A stretch of DNA of 43,242 nucleotides from Nitrospirota bacterium (GTDB lineage Bacteria; Nitrospirota; Thermodesulfovibrionia; Thermodesulfovibrionales; Dissulfurispiraceae): the NCBI GenBank assembly GCA_040754455.1, contig JBFMCP010000028.1:1-43242 (forward strand). The letters are read 5' to 3'. A program made the translations under genes and the position numbers. Positions 17,148-26,439 of this stretch are shown piece after piece. The notes beneath the pieces are model-generated. The model ran no database searches. It saw nothing but the letters and a program-made list of their open reading frames with translations, and had not been told where the DNA came from. How positions within the stretch are numbered: the stretch's first letter is position 1; each line of letters begins with the position of its first letter.

Positions 17148-19121
17148 CTAAAAGCGCTTTTCCGCCGCCTCTATAAACTCATAGAGCTGCTCCTGGCTTT
17201 CGAGAGGCTCATAGCACGTATCTTTAATACAGGGGATGATCCGGCTGTTGTCTTTGCCGTAAGCGATCGCTGTATAAGGTCTGAACAGGGAGAGCGCTGC
17301 TTTGGCGAGCGGGCTGCCAGGCGATGCCTCCACCGTCAGCTTGAAGCGGTTGGAATAGGCGTCAACAGCGCAGAAATACGTGCCTGCATGGATACCGAAC
17401 TCCTTCGTCTTTGTGGCGAAAGCTTCCAGGGCTGTTTCCGCGTAGCGGAGGTAGATCGGCTTATCCAGTATCGCATGGAGCTTGATCAACAGCATGATGC
17501 CCGTCGCATTCGCCGAAGGATGCGGGACATCTTCTATCCCTTTCAGTCGCACCCCGAGCACTTCGGTATCGGTGTCAAAGAATCCCCCTTCAGTCCGGTC
17601 CCAGAACCGCTCAATGCATTGCTCCATGAAAGCTTCCGCTCGTTCAAGACAACGCTGGTCTCCCGTCGTCTCATACGCAGCGACCAAAGCCTCGATGAGG
17701 TAGATATAATCATCCAGCAGCGCCTTTATTCCGGACGTATGCATAGGCTCATTGTCATGCACATTAAAAGCCATTATACGGGCAAGACTTTTCAGTGCAG
17801 ATTCCTTTATCTCTTCATTTCCGAACACACGGTACGCCTTCAGAAGCGATGCGATGAGCATCCCGTTCAGCGATGTGTAGAGCGTGCGATCGATAAAGGG
17901 CGTCTCCCGCGATGCCCGTGCCTTGAGCAATTTCCTCTTGCCGCGCTCGATGATCCCGGCTATATCCACTGCATCCATTCCGATCTGCTTCGCAATGTCC
18001 CCTTCTTCCCCTGCAACAAACAGGACCCTCTTTGAAGGGTCGTGGTGCATCGCTCCCCTCTCGTGGAACAGGTGGAGTGAGATGGCCATGAATTCCTCGT
18101 CGTCGAGCACGTTCCTGAGCTCCGCTTCAGTCCAGGTGAAATAGCCGCCTTCGTCATCGGGTGTAACATCGGCATCCTGGCTCGCGTAAAACCCTCCTTG
18201 AGCATCAGAGAGCACTTCTTTGATGAAACGGATAACCCCCTCTGCCACCGTCCTGAAATGCATGATGCCGAAGGCAGCATAGGCATCACAGTAGTTTCTC
18301 AGGAGCCATGCATTGTCATCAGCCATCTTCTCAAAGTGAGGAACAATCCACGCCTCATCGACAGAGTACCGGTGGAACCCTCCTGCAAGCTGGTCATGGA
18401 ACCCTCCCTTTGCCATAGCTTCGAGTGTTCTCGTTACAACATATTTTATTGCCTCATCCCCCGTAAAGAAGTACTGGTTGAGCATGAACGCCAACGCTCC
18501 CGGCATGGGGAATTTCGGTGCAGCGCCGAAGCCGCCGTTCTGGGGGTCGAAGACAGCGGTGATCTTCTGCACCGCATCGTCAATCAGCTCTGCTGTAATT
18601 TCTCCCCTCGCTATCGGCTCAGGTTTGATAAAGTCCATGAGTCGCTCGGTGTACTGCACGACCTCATCTCTCTTTGCAGAGTACAAGTCAATGATCGCCC
18701 GCAGCACCTTCTTGAAACCGGGCCGTCCGTAGCTGTCTTCCGGCGGGAAATAGGTGCCGCCGAAAAAGGGTTTCTTGTCCGACGTGAGGAATACGCTCAG
18801 CGGCCAGCCTCCAGCCGACCCCATGGCGGCAACCGCCTGCTGGTAACGCCGGTCGATATCAGGCCGCTCGTCGCGGTCGAGCTTTATACTGATGAAGTGC
18901 CTATTGAGGAGCTGAGCAATCTCGTCCTCGAAGAAGCACTCCTTTGCCATCACATGGCACCAGTGGCACCACACTGCCCCTGAGCTCAAAAAGACGGGCT
19001 TGTCCTCCTGTCGGGCCCGCTCAAAGGCCTCTTCGGACCAGGGATACCAATCGATCTTCTGGTCTGCGGCATGCCTGAGGTAGGGCGACCTTTCGTCGGC
19101 AAGCCTGTTCATATCGATCAC
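17148..19121 (-). CDS. YyaL/SSP411-family thioredoxin-domain protein
   Basis: NRLADERSPYLRHA, WCHWCHVM, DRDERPDID, GGWPLSVF, VPHFEKM. Confidence 0.93.
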   Translation of the reverse strand: MIDMNRLADERSPYLRHAADQKIDWYPWSEEAFERARQEDKPVFLSSGAVWCHWCHVMAKECFFEDEIAQLLNRHFISIKLDRDERPDIDRRYQQAVAAMGSAGGWPLSVFLTSDKKPFFGGTYFPPEDSYGRPGFKKVLRAIIDLYSAKRDEVVQYTERLMDFIKPEPIARGEITAELIDDAVQKITAVFDPQNGGFGAAPKFPMPGALAFMLNQYFFTGDEAIKYVVTRTLEAMAKGGFHDQLAGGFHRYSVDEAWIVPHFEKMADDNAWLLRNYCDAYAAFGIMHFRTVAEGVIRFIKEVLSDAQGGFYASQDADVTPDDEGGYFTWTEAELRNVLDDEEFMAISLHLFHERGAMHHDPSKRVLFVAGEEGDIAKQIGMDAVDIAGIIERGKRKLLKARASRETPFIDRTLYTSLNGMLIASLLKAYRVFGNEEIKESALKSLARIMAFNVHDNEPMHTSGIKALLDDYIYLIEALVAAYETTGDQRCLERAEAFMEQCIERFWDRTEGGFFDTDTEVLGVRLKGIEDVPHPSANATGIMLLIKLHAILDKPIYLRYAETALEAFATKTKEFGIHAGTYFCAVDAYSNRFKLTVEASPGSPLAKAALSLFRPYTAIAYGKDNSRIIPCIKDTCYEPLESQEQLYEFIEAAEKRF

Positions 19122-19131
19122 TCTTTCTTCG

Positions 19132-19569
19132 CTAGAGGGGCTCTTTATGCGCGTACATCAAGAGCCCCAGCCTCTCCATCTGATGTATAACCCATTCATC
19201 TTCGAGCCGCTCATCTTCAACGAGATTCCGTTTGGTCCGCGCATATTCCTTCAGGAACGCATAGGCGAGCTTCTTCTCGACCGTGTCGAACTGGAACAGA
19301 AGGTTTGCCCTGTTGTCCACCACCTGCCAGCGCACATCGAGGCCAGTGATCATGCTGTCGAGGACACTCTCATCGATCTCCGATTGGATAACCATAGCCA
19401 GCTGGTCGCCACGCGTCGTAATCAGTTTCATGGGCTGGGCCGGCTCATCGAGGCCGACGTTGTTCTGCTTCGCCCAGGCATTCAGATCGGCAACATAGCG
19501 GATATCAGTAATAAAATACTCTCTCCCGAGATTCCTCAGCATATCGTCATAGTCCTGTGCGACAATCAT
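19132..19569 (-). CDS. Hypothetical protein
   Basis: 145-aa ORF in operon order with GAGGAGG RBS; no recognised motif. Confidence 0.75.
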   Translation of the reverse strand: MIVAQDYDDMLRNLGREYFITDIRYVADLNAWAKQNNVGLDEPAQPMKLITTRGDQLAMVIQSEIDESVLDSMITGLDVRWQVVDNRANLLFQFDTVEKKLAYAFLKEYARTKRNLVEDERLEDEWVIHQMERLGLLMYAHKEPL

Positions 19570-19588
19570 TCCGCCCTCCTCGTTATGG

Positions 19589-20086
19589 TCATTTTCCGGA
19601 GATTTTCGCCATCATGTTTCTGAGGTAGTCGATATGCTTAATCTCCTGTTCCATCATATTCTTGAAGACAACCCGCGCATTGGCATCGGAAGCGCCCTTC
19701 GAAAGTTTCCAGTAGAGGTTGTACGCCTTGCCTTCTATATCCAGTGCAAGCTCGATGGCTCCCATATCATCAGTAACGGTGTATTTCTCAATACGCGCTT
19801 CGAGGTCCTTGACGGGAATCCCCCCCTCGGTAACAAGCGTAGGACTCTTCTTGCTGAAATTATCAAATCCTTCGATATCCCTGTCCTCCGTGATCGCCTG
19901 GTAGAGGAACCGAATGAACTCCGCGTGCCGGTCCTCCCAGGCTGAAAGCTCTTTGAAGGTTTCGCGCGCCTCGGGAACAGCCGCCTTCCGGGCAGCCTGA
20001 TCATAAAACTCATGCGTTCCCTTTTCCATTAAATACGCATCAATCAGCGCCTGCAGCAAGTCCTCTTTTCCTGTTACCATCTGCAC
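19589..20086 (-). CDS. Ferritin-like / rubrerythrin-type di-iron protein (no rubredoxin domain)
   Basis: E...FY...EDRH and E...Y...EIKH di-iron motifs. Confidence 0.88.
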   Translation of the reverse strand: MQMVTGKEDLLQALIDAYLMEKGTHEFYDQAARKAAVPEARETFKELSAWEDRHAEFIRFLYQAITEDRDIEGFDNFSKKSPTLVTEGGIPVKDLEARIEKYTVTDDMGAIELALDIEGKAYNLYWKLSKGASDANARVVFKNMMEQEIKHIDYLRNMMAKISGK

Positions 20087-20143
20087 TGTCTCCCTTCACC
20101 TTCATTTATATTTCTCGTACATTACGAATGCATCGAGGTTCCG

Positions 20144-20338
20144 TCAGAATGCCCTCTGGAGGAGCGCCCCCGGACGGAGATACTCCACAACAATGATTAT
20201 GGGGATGATCTTGTCTTCAAGAATCCCACATTCTTTCTTTATACATCCCTCATCGAATCCGTCCATGGGATGAGCGTCGTGGCCGAGCCCCCTTGCCGCG
20301 ATCATAAGGCTCATGGCATAGAGCCCCCCTTTAATCAC
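20144..20338 (-). pseudogene. Nitroreductase remnant (C-terminal third only)
   Basis: AMSLMIAARGLG..HPMDGFD..IKKE.GI..DKIIP matches the nitroreductase C-terminal half; the N-terminal FMN-binding RRS segment is absent. Confidence 0.7.
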
Positions 20339-20364
20339 GTCTGCTCACCCTATCCTGCCCTATA

Positions 20365-20392
20365 GGATATCAGATAAAAAGGCGATGTCAAG
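20365..20392 (-). promoter_or_regulatory. Sigma70 promoter upstream of the nitroreductase remnant / ferritin-like operon
   Basis: Reverse strand TTGACA-N16-TATCCT with TG extension. Confidence 0.5.
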
Positions 20393-20409
20393 GCCTCCCG
20401 CTGTGCCGC

Positions 20410-20940
20410 TTAAGCAAAAAAGAGGGCCGCCCCTTGCGTCTCCCTGATTAATTTGATCGCCTCTCGCATAAAAGCAGGCAGGTCGGATGGCTGCCGGGAG
20501 GTGACAAGATTACCGTCCACAACCACTTCGGTGTCGTCGTACACAGCTCCTGCATCCTGCATCTCTTGGGCTACCGAGCTGTAGCAGGTGGCATGCCGTC
20601 CTTTGAGCAGACCCGCTGAGATCAACGTTTGCGGACCGTGGCATATGGCAGCCACCGGCTTGTTTTTTTCAAAAAAGTGGCGGGCGATCTCAAGGGCCTT
20701 CTGCTCTTTCCGGACTGCAGCCGGAGCCTTTCCTCCGGGGAGGAGGAGAACAGCATATTCTTCCGGGTTCACTTCGTTCAATGATTTATTTACTTCGATC
20801 TCATACCCGTGCTTCCCCTTTATCGTCCCTTTGCTCATTGACGCGACATCCACAGCAATTCCCTCTTCGAGCAGACGATAATAAGGCACAAAAAGCTCCA
20901 GGTCCTCGAAATTATCGGCGCTGATCAGTAATGCTTTCAT
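20410..20940 (-). CDS. PfpI/DJ-1 family protein (type 1 glutamine amidotransferase-like)
   Basis: FEDLEL, LLPGG, AAICHGPQ nucleophile elbow, VVDGNLVTSRQPSDL. Confidence 0.95.
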   Translation of the reverse strand: MKALLISADNFEDLELFVPYYRLLEEGIAVDVASMSKGTIKGKHGYEIEVNKSLNEVNPEEYAVLLLPGGKAPAAVRKEQKALEIARHFFEKNKPVAAICHGPQTLISAGLLKGRHATCYSSVAQEMQDAGAVYDDTEVVVDGNLVTSRQPSDLPAFMREAIKLIRETQGAALFFA

Positions 20941-21137
20941 AAGGAGCACCTCCTGCATAATAATGTGACCACTCTACTGCCGACACCGCTCTGTTTGTAT
21001 CAGGCACCCGGTGCGTGATCATTTCGGCTCAGGTCATGTAGGCAATGTGGTTCCTCTCGAGATCGATCGAAGGAGTTCCGGGCAATCCGCCCGAGGCAGA
21101 AAACGGCGGGGAAGGAAGCATCAGCAAAATACCTGCA

Positions 21138-21653
21138 TTATTTCATGATATCTTCGGTCATAATGTAATCATTTGCCGCACGCTGGCCATGGCATTTGAT
21201 GCAGCCCTCGAGCTTTCCCGAAGCCTCGACGCTGCCGTCCGGCCGGTATTTTGCCCAGAACCAGTCTCCCCCTGCAGGGTGATAGCCTTTGATCCTGTAC
21301 ATAACCGTAACCGCAGCAAGTTGTTTGTCGGGCGTGTAGTTCTCTTTTACGATGACGGAACCGTCGGCCATTCCTTTTTTGCTTCTTATTGAATTGTAGG
21401 CAACATCATTGACATAGGTGGTCAGCAGCGCCCCGTGCGGCTCGGTCCCCTTGTAAAAGGCCTGCTTGCCGGGCCACATGTTCCATTGCGTGTAAGGATT
21501 AGTCTTCGTAATAAAGTCGCCAAGCGCCTTGGCATCGGGTCCCGGCATGACCGCCGGTGTCTCTGCAGGGACTATGCCGTGGACGGCATAGGCAATCGAT
21601 ATAATCCCGAACATTGCTACTGCTGTCAAAAAAAGTAATGCGAGATGTTTCAT
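21138..21653 (-). CDS. Cytochrome P460 family protein
   Basis: Signal peptide, TYVN, DGSVIVKE, VMYR, GDWFW, C-terminal CIKCH followed by DYIM. Confidence 0.85.
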   Translation of the reverse strand: MKHLALLFLTAVAMFGIISIAYAVHGIVPAETPAVMPGPDAKALGDFITKTNPYTQWNMWPGKQAFYKGTEPHGALLTTYVNDVAYNSIRSKKGMADGSVIVKENYTPDKQLAAVTVMYRIKGYHPAGGDWFWAKYRPDGSVEASGKLEGCIKCHGQRAANDYIMTEDIMK

Positions 21654-21789
21654 AAGGTCTCCTTTCTGACACAGCAATAAATGTTACCTGATCATCTATT
21701 TAAATTCTCGTCAATCTACGGTGAAATGTCAATCAGTTAATAGGTCGAACTAAAGCCCTGCCTTCACCACCTACGCGTGGAACTTGGCA

Positions 21790-22236
21790 TTAGAAAGTAG
21801 AAGGATCTTCAGACGGCAATTCGTGCTCATCAAAGGGCATAACGCCGAGCTGGGTCATCACCGACTCAAAGCCCCTGAGCATTTCGGCATAGTCGTACTC
21901 GCGCATCTCATCATGCAGTGCCCGCTCGACGAGCGCATCGAAAGCCCGGTAATCAAATGCACCATCGAGCACCCCTGAACGGACAAGCACCTCATAAACT
22001 GTCCTGTCGTCATTCAGATTATCATTTTCATTAATGATGAGCTTTTCCCTCCGTTCGGGGGCGATGATATACCACTGCATGGCGCTGATCAGCGCATCGT
22101 AGAGGGTCACAATGCCGGCAGCGATCTTTCGCTGCCTCAGCCGTCGCTTGCCGCCGCGGATATGGAGCTTTGCCTGCTGCAGCGCCGCTGCTTCAGGACC
22201 GAGGGCATCGGCATCCATCAATCCGGCATGGGGCAT
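21790..22236 (-). CDS. Hypothetical protein
   Basis: 148 aa, TGATG-coupled to the upstream ORF, GAGGAGG RBS. Confidence 0.75.
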   Translation of the reverse strand: MPHAGLMDADALGPEAAALQQAKLHIRGGKRRLRQRKIAAGIVTLYDALISAMQWYIIAPERREKLIINENDNLNDDRTVYEVLVRSGVLDGAFDYRAFDALVERALHDEMREYDYAEMLRGFESVMTQLGVMPFDEHELPSEDPSTF

Positions 22237-22490
22237 CAGGAGTCCTCCTCGAACCCCTGCTGCACCTGCCGGATCCGTTTTGCCAGCTCTCTCAGAGCGT
22301 CTGAAAGGCTTACCCCCTTTACGATCTGTTCACTTACGAACTCTGCTTTCGCGAGCTCGTTGATGATCTCATCAGCAGGCCTGCTGTCAATACAGACGTT
22401 TGCCCCGGTCTCCAGCTGCTGGTGAATGCAATGCTCCAGCTGCTCGGGGGTGAAGCGTTTTGCAAGCTCCCGCAATTCCTTCGTGCTCAT
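22236..22490 (-). CDS. Hypothetical protein
   Basis: 84 aa helical protein directly downstream of sod. Confidence 0.75.
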   Translation of the reverse strand: MSTKELRELAKRFTPEQLEHCIHQQLETGANVCIDSRPADEIINELAKAEFVSEQIVKGVSLSDALRELAKRIRQVQQGFEEDS

Positions 22491-22511
22491 GGCGCCTGCT
22501 GCAATCGGCCT

Positions 22512-23117
22512 TTAGACCGCTCCGGCAAGGGCCGGCGCCTGCTGCAGCCGTGCCTCGACCGCATCCCAGTTGATATTCTTGAAGAACGACGCTATATAAT
22601 CGGCCCTCTTGAGGCCGTAGTCGATCATGAAGGCATGCTCGAAGACATCCATGATCAAGAGGGGAGCACATCCCGCAGGATGGGCCACATCGTGCTCGTT
22701 GATCCAGAAATTGATAAACCGCCCGTTTGTCGTATCCAGGTAGAGCACTGCCCAACCGATGCCCCTCATTGCTCCTGTTGCTTTAAAGTCCTTCTCCCAC
22801 GCCTCGTAGCTCCCGAAATCCTCGGCCATTTTCTTGGCGAGCTTTCCGTTCTTGTCGATGCCGCCGTTGCCGCCGAGGTTTTCGAAATAGTATTCATGGA
22901 GCCTCATACCGTTGAACTCCCACCCGAGGCGCCGCTTCATTTCGGCATACTCGGGAGATGACTCTTTCCCGTCCTTGAGCAGCCCTGCCAAAGAGTCAAG
23001 CAGCTTGTTGGTGTTCGTTACATACCCCTGATAAAGGGTAAAGTGGTTCTTAAGCAGCGTCTCGCTGAATCCTTCCATCCCTATAAGCTTGCTGTAATCC
23101 TTTGCCGTGTACGCCAT
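22512..23117 (-). CDS. Fe/Mn-family superoxide dismutase
   Basis: NHFTLYQGYV, LHEYYFENL, GIGWAVL and DVFEHAF metal ligands; AGGAGGAG RBS. Confidence 0.93.
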   Translation of the reverse strand: MAYTAKDYSKLIGMEGFSETLLKNHFTLYQGYVTNTNKLLDSLAGLLKDGKESSPEYAEMKRRLGWEFNGMRLHEYYFENLGGNGGIDKNGKLAKKMAEDFGSYEAWEKDFKATGAMRGIGWAVLYLDTTNGRFINFWINEHDVAHPAGCAPLLIMDVFEHAFMIDYGLKRADYIASFFKNINWDAVEARLQQAPALAGAV

Positions 23118-23419
23118 GGTATACTCCTCCTTGCTGAGATAGATATGACACCTGCTTCACAGTGAAGTGAATGCCTTTTCTCTCATATTATCAAGCACAA
23201 ACGTTTTATTTACCCTCTGCGTTCCCTCCTCCCGGCGCGACTTATCTAAATGCTATCAAATTTGAACCAAAAATCAAGTTATGGACACACTGTACATACG
23301 CGCTCAATGCATCCGAAAAGAAGGCCCCTGCTCGTTCCTTTCACCGCCAAGCTCCTTTATAATTTGTTATAGAGGGAGGGCTCCCATCAATATTCATTTA
23401 ACGAAGGGGCGCACTGTGT

Positions 23420-24019
23420 ATGACCACTCTTAAATCCGTTCTGTTTGATTTCGGCGGCGTGCTTGCCGAAGAGGGATTTAGGGAAGGGCTCAAGGCTGTC
23501 GCTAGAAAGAACAGCCTGGACCCTGACCGTTTTTTTGAACAGGCACGGGAGATCATCTACCGGACCGGCTATGTTACCGGACATTCAGATGAGGCGAGCT
23601 ACTGGAACACGCTCCGGCAGGAGACCGGCATCTCCGGAAGCGATGCGGAGCTCAGGGATGAGATCCTCAGAAGGTTCATTCCGCGGGCCCGCATGCTGGA
23701 GCATGCTGAAAAGATCAGATACTACGGCATTATCACCGCCATACTAAGCGACCAGACCAACTGGCTCGATGAGCTCAACCAAAGGGATCACTTCTACCAC
23801 TATTTCGACTATGTCTTCAACTCATTTACTCTCAAAAAGAGCAAGCGTGACCCATCGATCTTCCTCGATACCGCTGCGCATATCGGTGCAAAACCCGAAG
23901 AGATGCTCTTTATTGACGATGACGAAGGCCATATACAAAGAGCCGCCAGCGTCGGATGCAGGACAATCCATTTCAAAAGCATCGATGACTTTGAGGAAAA
24001 GATCAAACAGTTCATTTGA
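23420..24019 (+). CDS. HAD-family phosphatase
   Basis: LFDFGGV motif I, ILSD, K, FIDD motif IV. Confidence 0.9.
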   Translation: MTTLKSVLFDFGGVLAEEGFREGLKAVARKNSLDPDRFFEQAREIIYRTGYVTGHSDEASYWNTLRQETGISGSDAELRDEILRRFIPRARMLEHAEKIRYYGIITAILSDQTNWLDELNQRDHFYHYFDYVFNSFTLKKSKRDPSIFLDTAAHIGAKPEEMLFIDDDEGHIQRAASVGCRTIHFKSIDDFEEKIKQFI

Positions 24020-24152
24020 CCAGCTCCTGTTATCTGATACAATTTTCTTATGGGATTACAAAAGAGAAGGCTCGGCAAGACAGGACCTTGTAAGCAACAT
24101 CGTTCCCTTCGCACAGCAGCTCATGTGCTACAAACCCCAATAAATACAGAGG

Positions 24153-24227
24153 AACTCAAAACTCCAAATCCGAAACAAAGGAATTCTTTCCGTTCGTTTA
24201 GAATTCAGTGCTTAGGATCTCGAGCTT
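24153..24227. repeat. Heptamer-repeat inverted hairpin element (AAATCCG family)
   Basis: Left aactcaa-aactcca-aatccga-aac; right gtttaga-attcagt-gcttagg-atctcga-gctt. Resembles 1465-1536. Confidence 0.7.
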
Positions 24228-24246
24228 GTCGTTAAAGGGAGGCTTT

Positions 24247-24723
24247 ATGGCAATTAATGAATCACCTGCGGAAACGGGCGTATCGGAGATTACCGGCAAG
24301 AGGGTAACGGTGCGGCACGCTACCGAAGCGGATATGCCTTTTATCGAAGAGAAGATACACCGCTACGGGTTTGACGACCACAACCTCAACCACCGGCAGT
24401 TCGTTGTTGCTGCCGAAAACGGTGCCATCATCGGCTTCGGCAGGCTCCAGCAAATCGGAGAGCTGTACCACATAGGCTGCGTTGCCGTTGTCGAGGAACG
24501 GAGGGGAATGGGGATAGGATCTCTGATAATGCAGCATCTGCTCGATATCGCTCCGGTGGACATGGTCTACGTCCTTACTGACCAGGTCGATTATTTCAGG
24601 AAGTTCGGTTTCAGCGAAATGGAAACCGGCTCGAAAGAGCTCTTCGATGATCTCGACAGTGCATGCAAAGCAGCAGATAAGCAGCACAGGGTGCTGATGG
24701 TTCATGAGAAGAGAGCGAGGTGA
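24247..24723 (+). CDS. GNAT-family N-acetyltransferase
   Basis: VRHAT, VAVVEERRGMGIGS acetyl-CoA motif, YFRKFGF; GGGAGG RBS. Confidence 0.9.
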   Translation: MAINESPAETGVSEITGKRVTVRHATEADMPFIEEKIHRYGFDDHNLNHRQFVVAAENGAIIGFGRLQQIGELYHIGCVAVVEERRGMGIGSLIMQHLLDIAPVDMVYVLTDQVDYFRKFGFSEMETGSKELFDDLDSACKAADKQHRVLMVHEKRAR

Positions 24724-25625
24724 CCACCGATATGGCAGAAAGCAAAGTATACGACTGCATCATCATCGGCGCCGGCCCCGGCGGCCTCCAGGCGGCCATT
24801 TATCTTGGACGGTTCTGCCGGGATGTCCTGCTCATCGATAGGGGCGGCGGCAGGACATCACATGCCCGACACATCGAGAATTTCCTGACGCAACCGGTAA
24901 TCACCGGCAAAGAGATCATCGAGCGCGGCATGGAGCAGGCAAAGCACTTCGGTGTAACGATCGAAAAAGGGCTTGTCACCAATGTGGAGAAGAAGGGGCT
25001 TTTTGAAGTCTCTGCCGGCGATGTCGTCTATCGTGCGCCCTTCGTGCTTGTTTCATCAGGGGCATACGACAACCTCCCCCCTCTCGAAAATCTTCCCCGG
25101 TTCTTCGGGACGAGTTTATTTACCTGCGTTGATTGCGACGGCTACCGGACCAAAGGCAAAAAGCTGGTCATCATCGGCAATTCGATAAAATCAGCCGATC
25201 TCGCCCTCGCTATGAAGGCAATGTACACAAAAGACCTCACCCTTGTGCTCTATACCGATAAGCTCCCGGACGAGTACAAAGAAGAGCTGACTGAGGAGAA
25301 CATACGTTACATTGTAGGGAGGCCCTTACGCATTCTCGGTGAGGACCGTATCGAGGCGCTGGAACTCGAGAGCGGCGAGCGGATCGCCTGCGAAGTCATC
25401 ATGTCCCACTTCGGGTTCAAACTGAACGATGCCTTTCTTTCAGGACTCGATCTCAAGAAGGATGCCCAGGGATTTAAATACGTCGTCAGCAGCACCTATG
25501 AATCATCTCTGAGCGGCCTCTACATTGTCGGTCCGCTCAATACCGGCAACGACCAGGTGGTAATTGCTGCCGGCGAAGGTGCGGTCGCTGCAATCGATAT
25601 CAACAAGCGGCTACTGCAACGCTAG
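24720..25625 (+). CDS. Thioredoxin-reductase-like FAD-dependent oxidoreductase
   Basis: IIGAGPGG, CVDCDG redox motif, QVVIAAGEGAVAA. Confidence 0.9.
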   Translation: MTTDMAESKVYDCIIIGAGPGGLQAAIYLGRFCRDVLLIDRGGGRTSHARHIENFLTQPVITGKEIIERGMEQAKHFGVTIEKGLVTNVEKKGLFEVSAGDVVYRAPFVLVSSGAYDNLPPLENLPRFFGTSLFTCVDCDGYRTKGKKLVIIGNSIKSADLALAMKAMYTKDLTLVLYTDKLPDEYKEELTEENIRYIVGRPLRILGEDRIEALELESGERIACEVIMSHFGFKLNDAFLSGLDLKKDAQGFKYVVSSTYESSLSGLYIVGPLNTGNDQVVIAAGEGAVAAIDINKRLLQR

Positions 25626-25945
25626 TAATCTCCCCTCTCTTTCTGTCTCTCATAGTTTGTCGCTGCTTCCATTATCCTAAAGAGCCCTTTCGCCCGCTTG
25701 CGGATGATCTCGAAAAGGTTCTCGAGCTTCTCAGAGCTGTCTTCCCGATAGACATCGACAAAGGCCTCTTCCGCCTCTCGTATGGCCCTTGCCAGTTCAC
25801 TCTCTTCATGCTCTTGTTCCAGCTCTTTTCGCCAAAGATCCTTTGCCATCAGAAGCGCTCCGAGGAGCAACTTTCTTATCTCAGCGGCCTGCTGCTCAAG
25901 CCCTTTCATTCTCTCGGTATCGATAAGATCTGCAAAGACCGTCAT
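25622..25945 (-). CDS. Hypothetical helical protein
   Basis: ATG at 25945 with AGGAGGAG RBS; 107 aa. Confidence 0.7.
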   Translation of the reverse strand: MTVFADLIDTERMKGLEQQAAEIRKLLLGALLMAKDLWRKELEQEHEESELARAIREAEEAFVDVYREDSSEKLENLFEIIRKRAKGLFRIMEAATNYERQKERGDY

Positions 25946-26108
25946 ATCTCTCCTCCTTTTATACATGAAAGGGGACAGCCCAGGATCGTGCCTCGTCCTC
26001 TTTTGCAGCACGCCATGGGGCATCGAAGGTCTGGTACATCCATCTTGAAGCGGGTCGCCAAAGGAAGTCCGGTAGAGCTGAACGTACAAAAAAAATGTCT
26101 GTTTGCCG

Positions 26109-26345
26109 CTATGCCTCTTTCCGCCTTCTGATCCGGTACATCACGGCCGGCTGTTTGTCCTTTATCTCTTCAAGCTCTCCCCGTTCCACCAGTGTTTTAA
26201 GCGCATCACCGATGTCTTTGATACTGTGCGATCCCTTATCAGCCCTTACCCACCAGTTCATTATGCTTTCGAGGGTGGCTTCACCTTCGGGCTGACGCGA
26301 GAGGTATCCCAGTATCTCATCGGCAATCGTTGACTGTTCCGGCAT
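26109..26345 (-). CDS. Small winged-helix-like hypothetical protein
   Basis: EILGYL..PE...TLESI..WW....ALKTLVERGEL pattern; AAGGAG RBS. Confidence 0.7.
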   Translation of the reverse strand: MPEQSTIADEILGYLSRQPEGEATLESIMNWWVRADKGSHSIKDIGDALKTLVERGELEEIKDKQPAVMYRIRRRKEA

Positions 26346-26439
26346 GGCACGCTCCTTCCGTGGTATTTACTTCCTCCCTGCTCAAACACGAGATGCAGCA
26401 CGGCAGAAATGGCTGAAAGGCACCTCGTTAACAGAGAGA

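Noticed and set aside
20960..21137. TGA-containing small ORF (MQVFC*CF...) after P460 as a selenoprotein, or a gene remnant
   Set aside because: No recognisable family or SECIS-like stem; cannot be supported.
25946..26089. Longer start for the 25622 ORF, or an ncRNA in this spacer
   Set aside because: A strong RBS supports ATG at 25945, and I recognise no RNA family motif.
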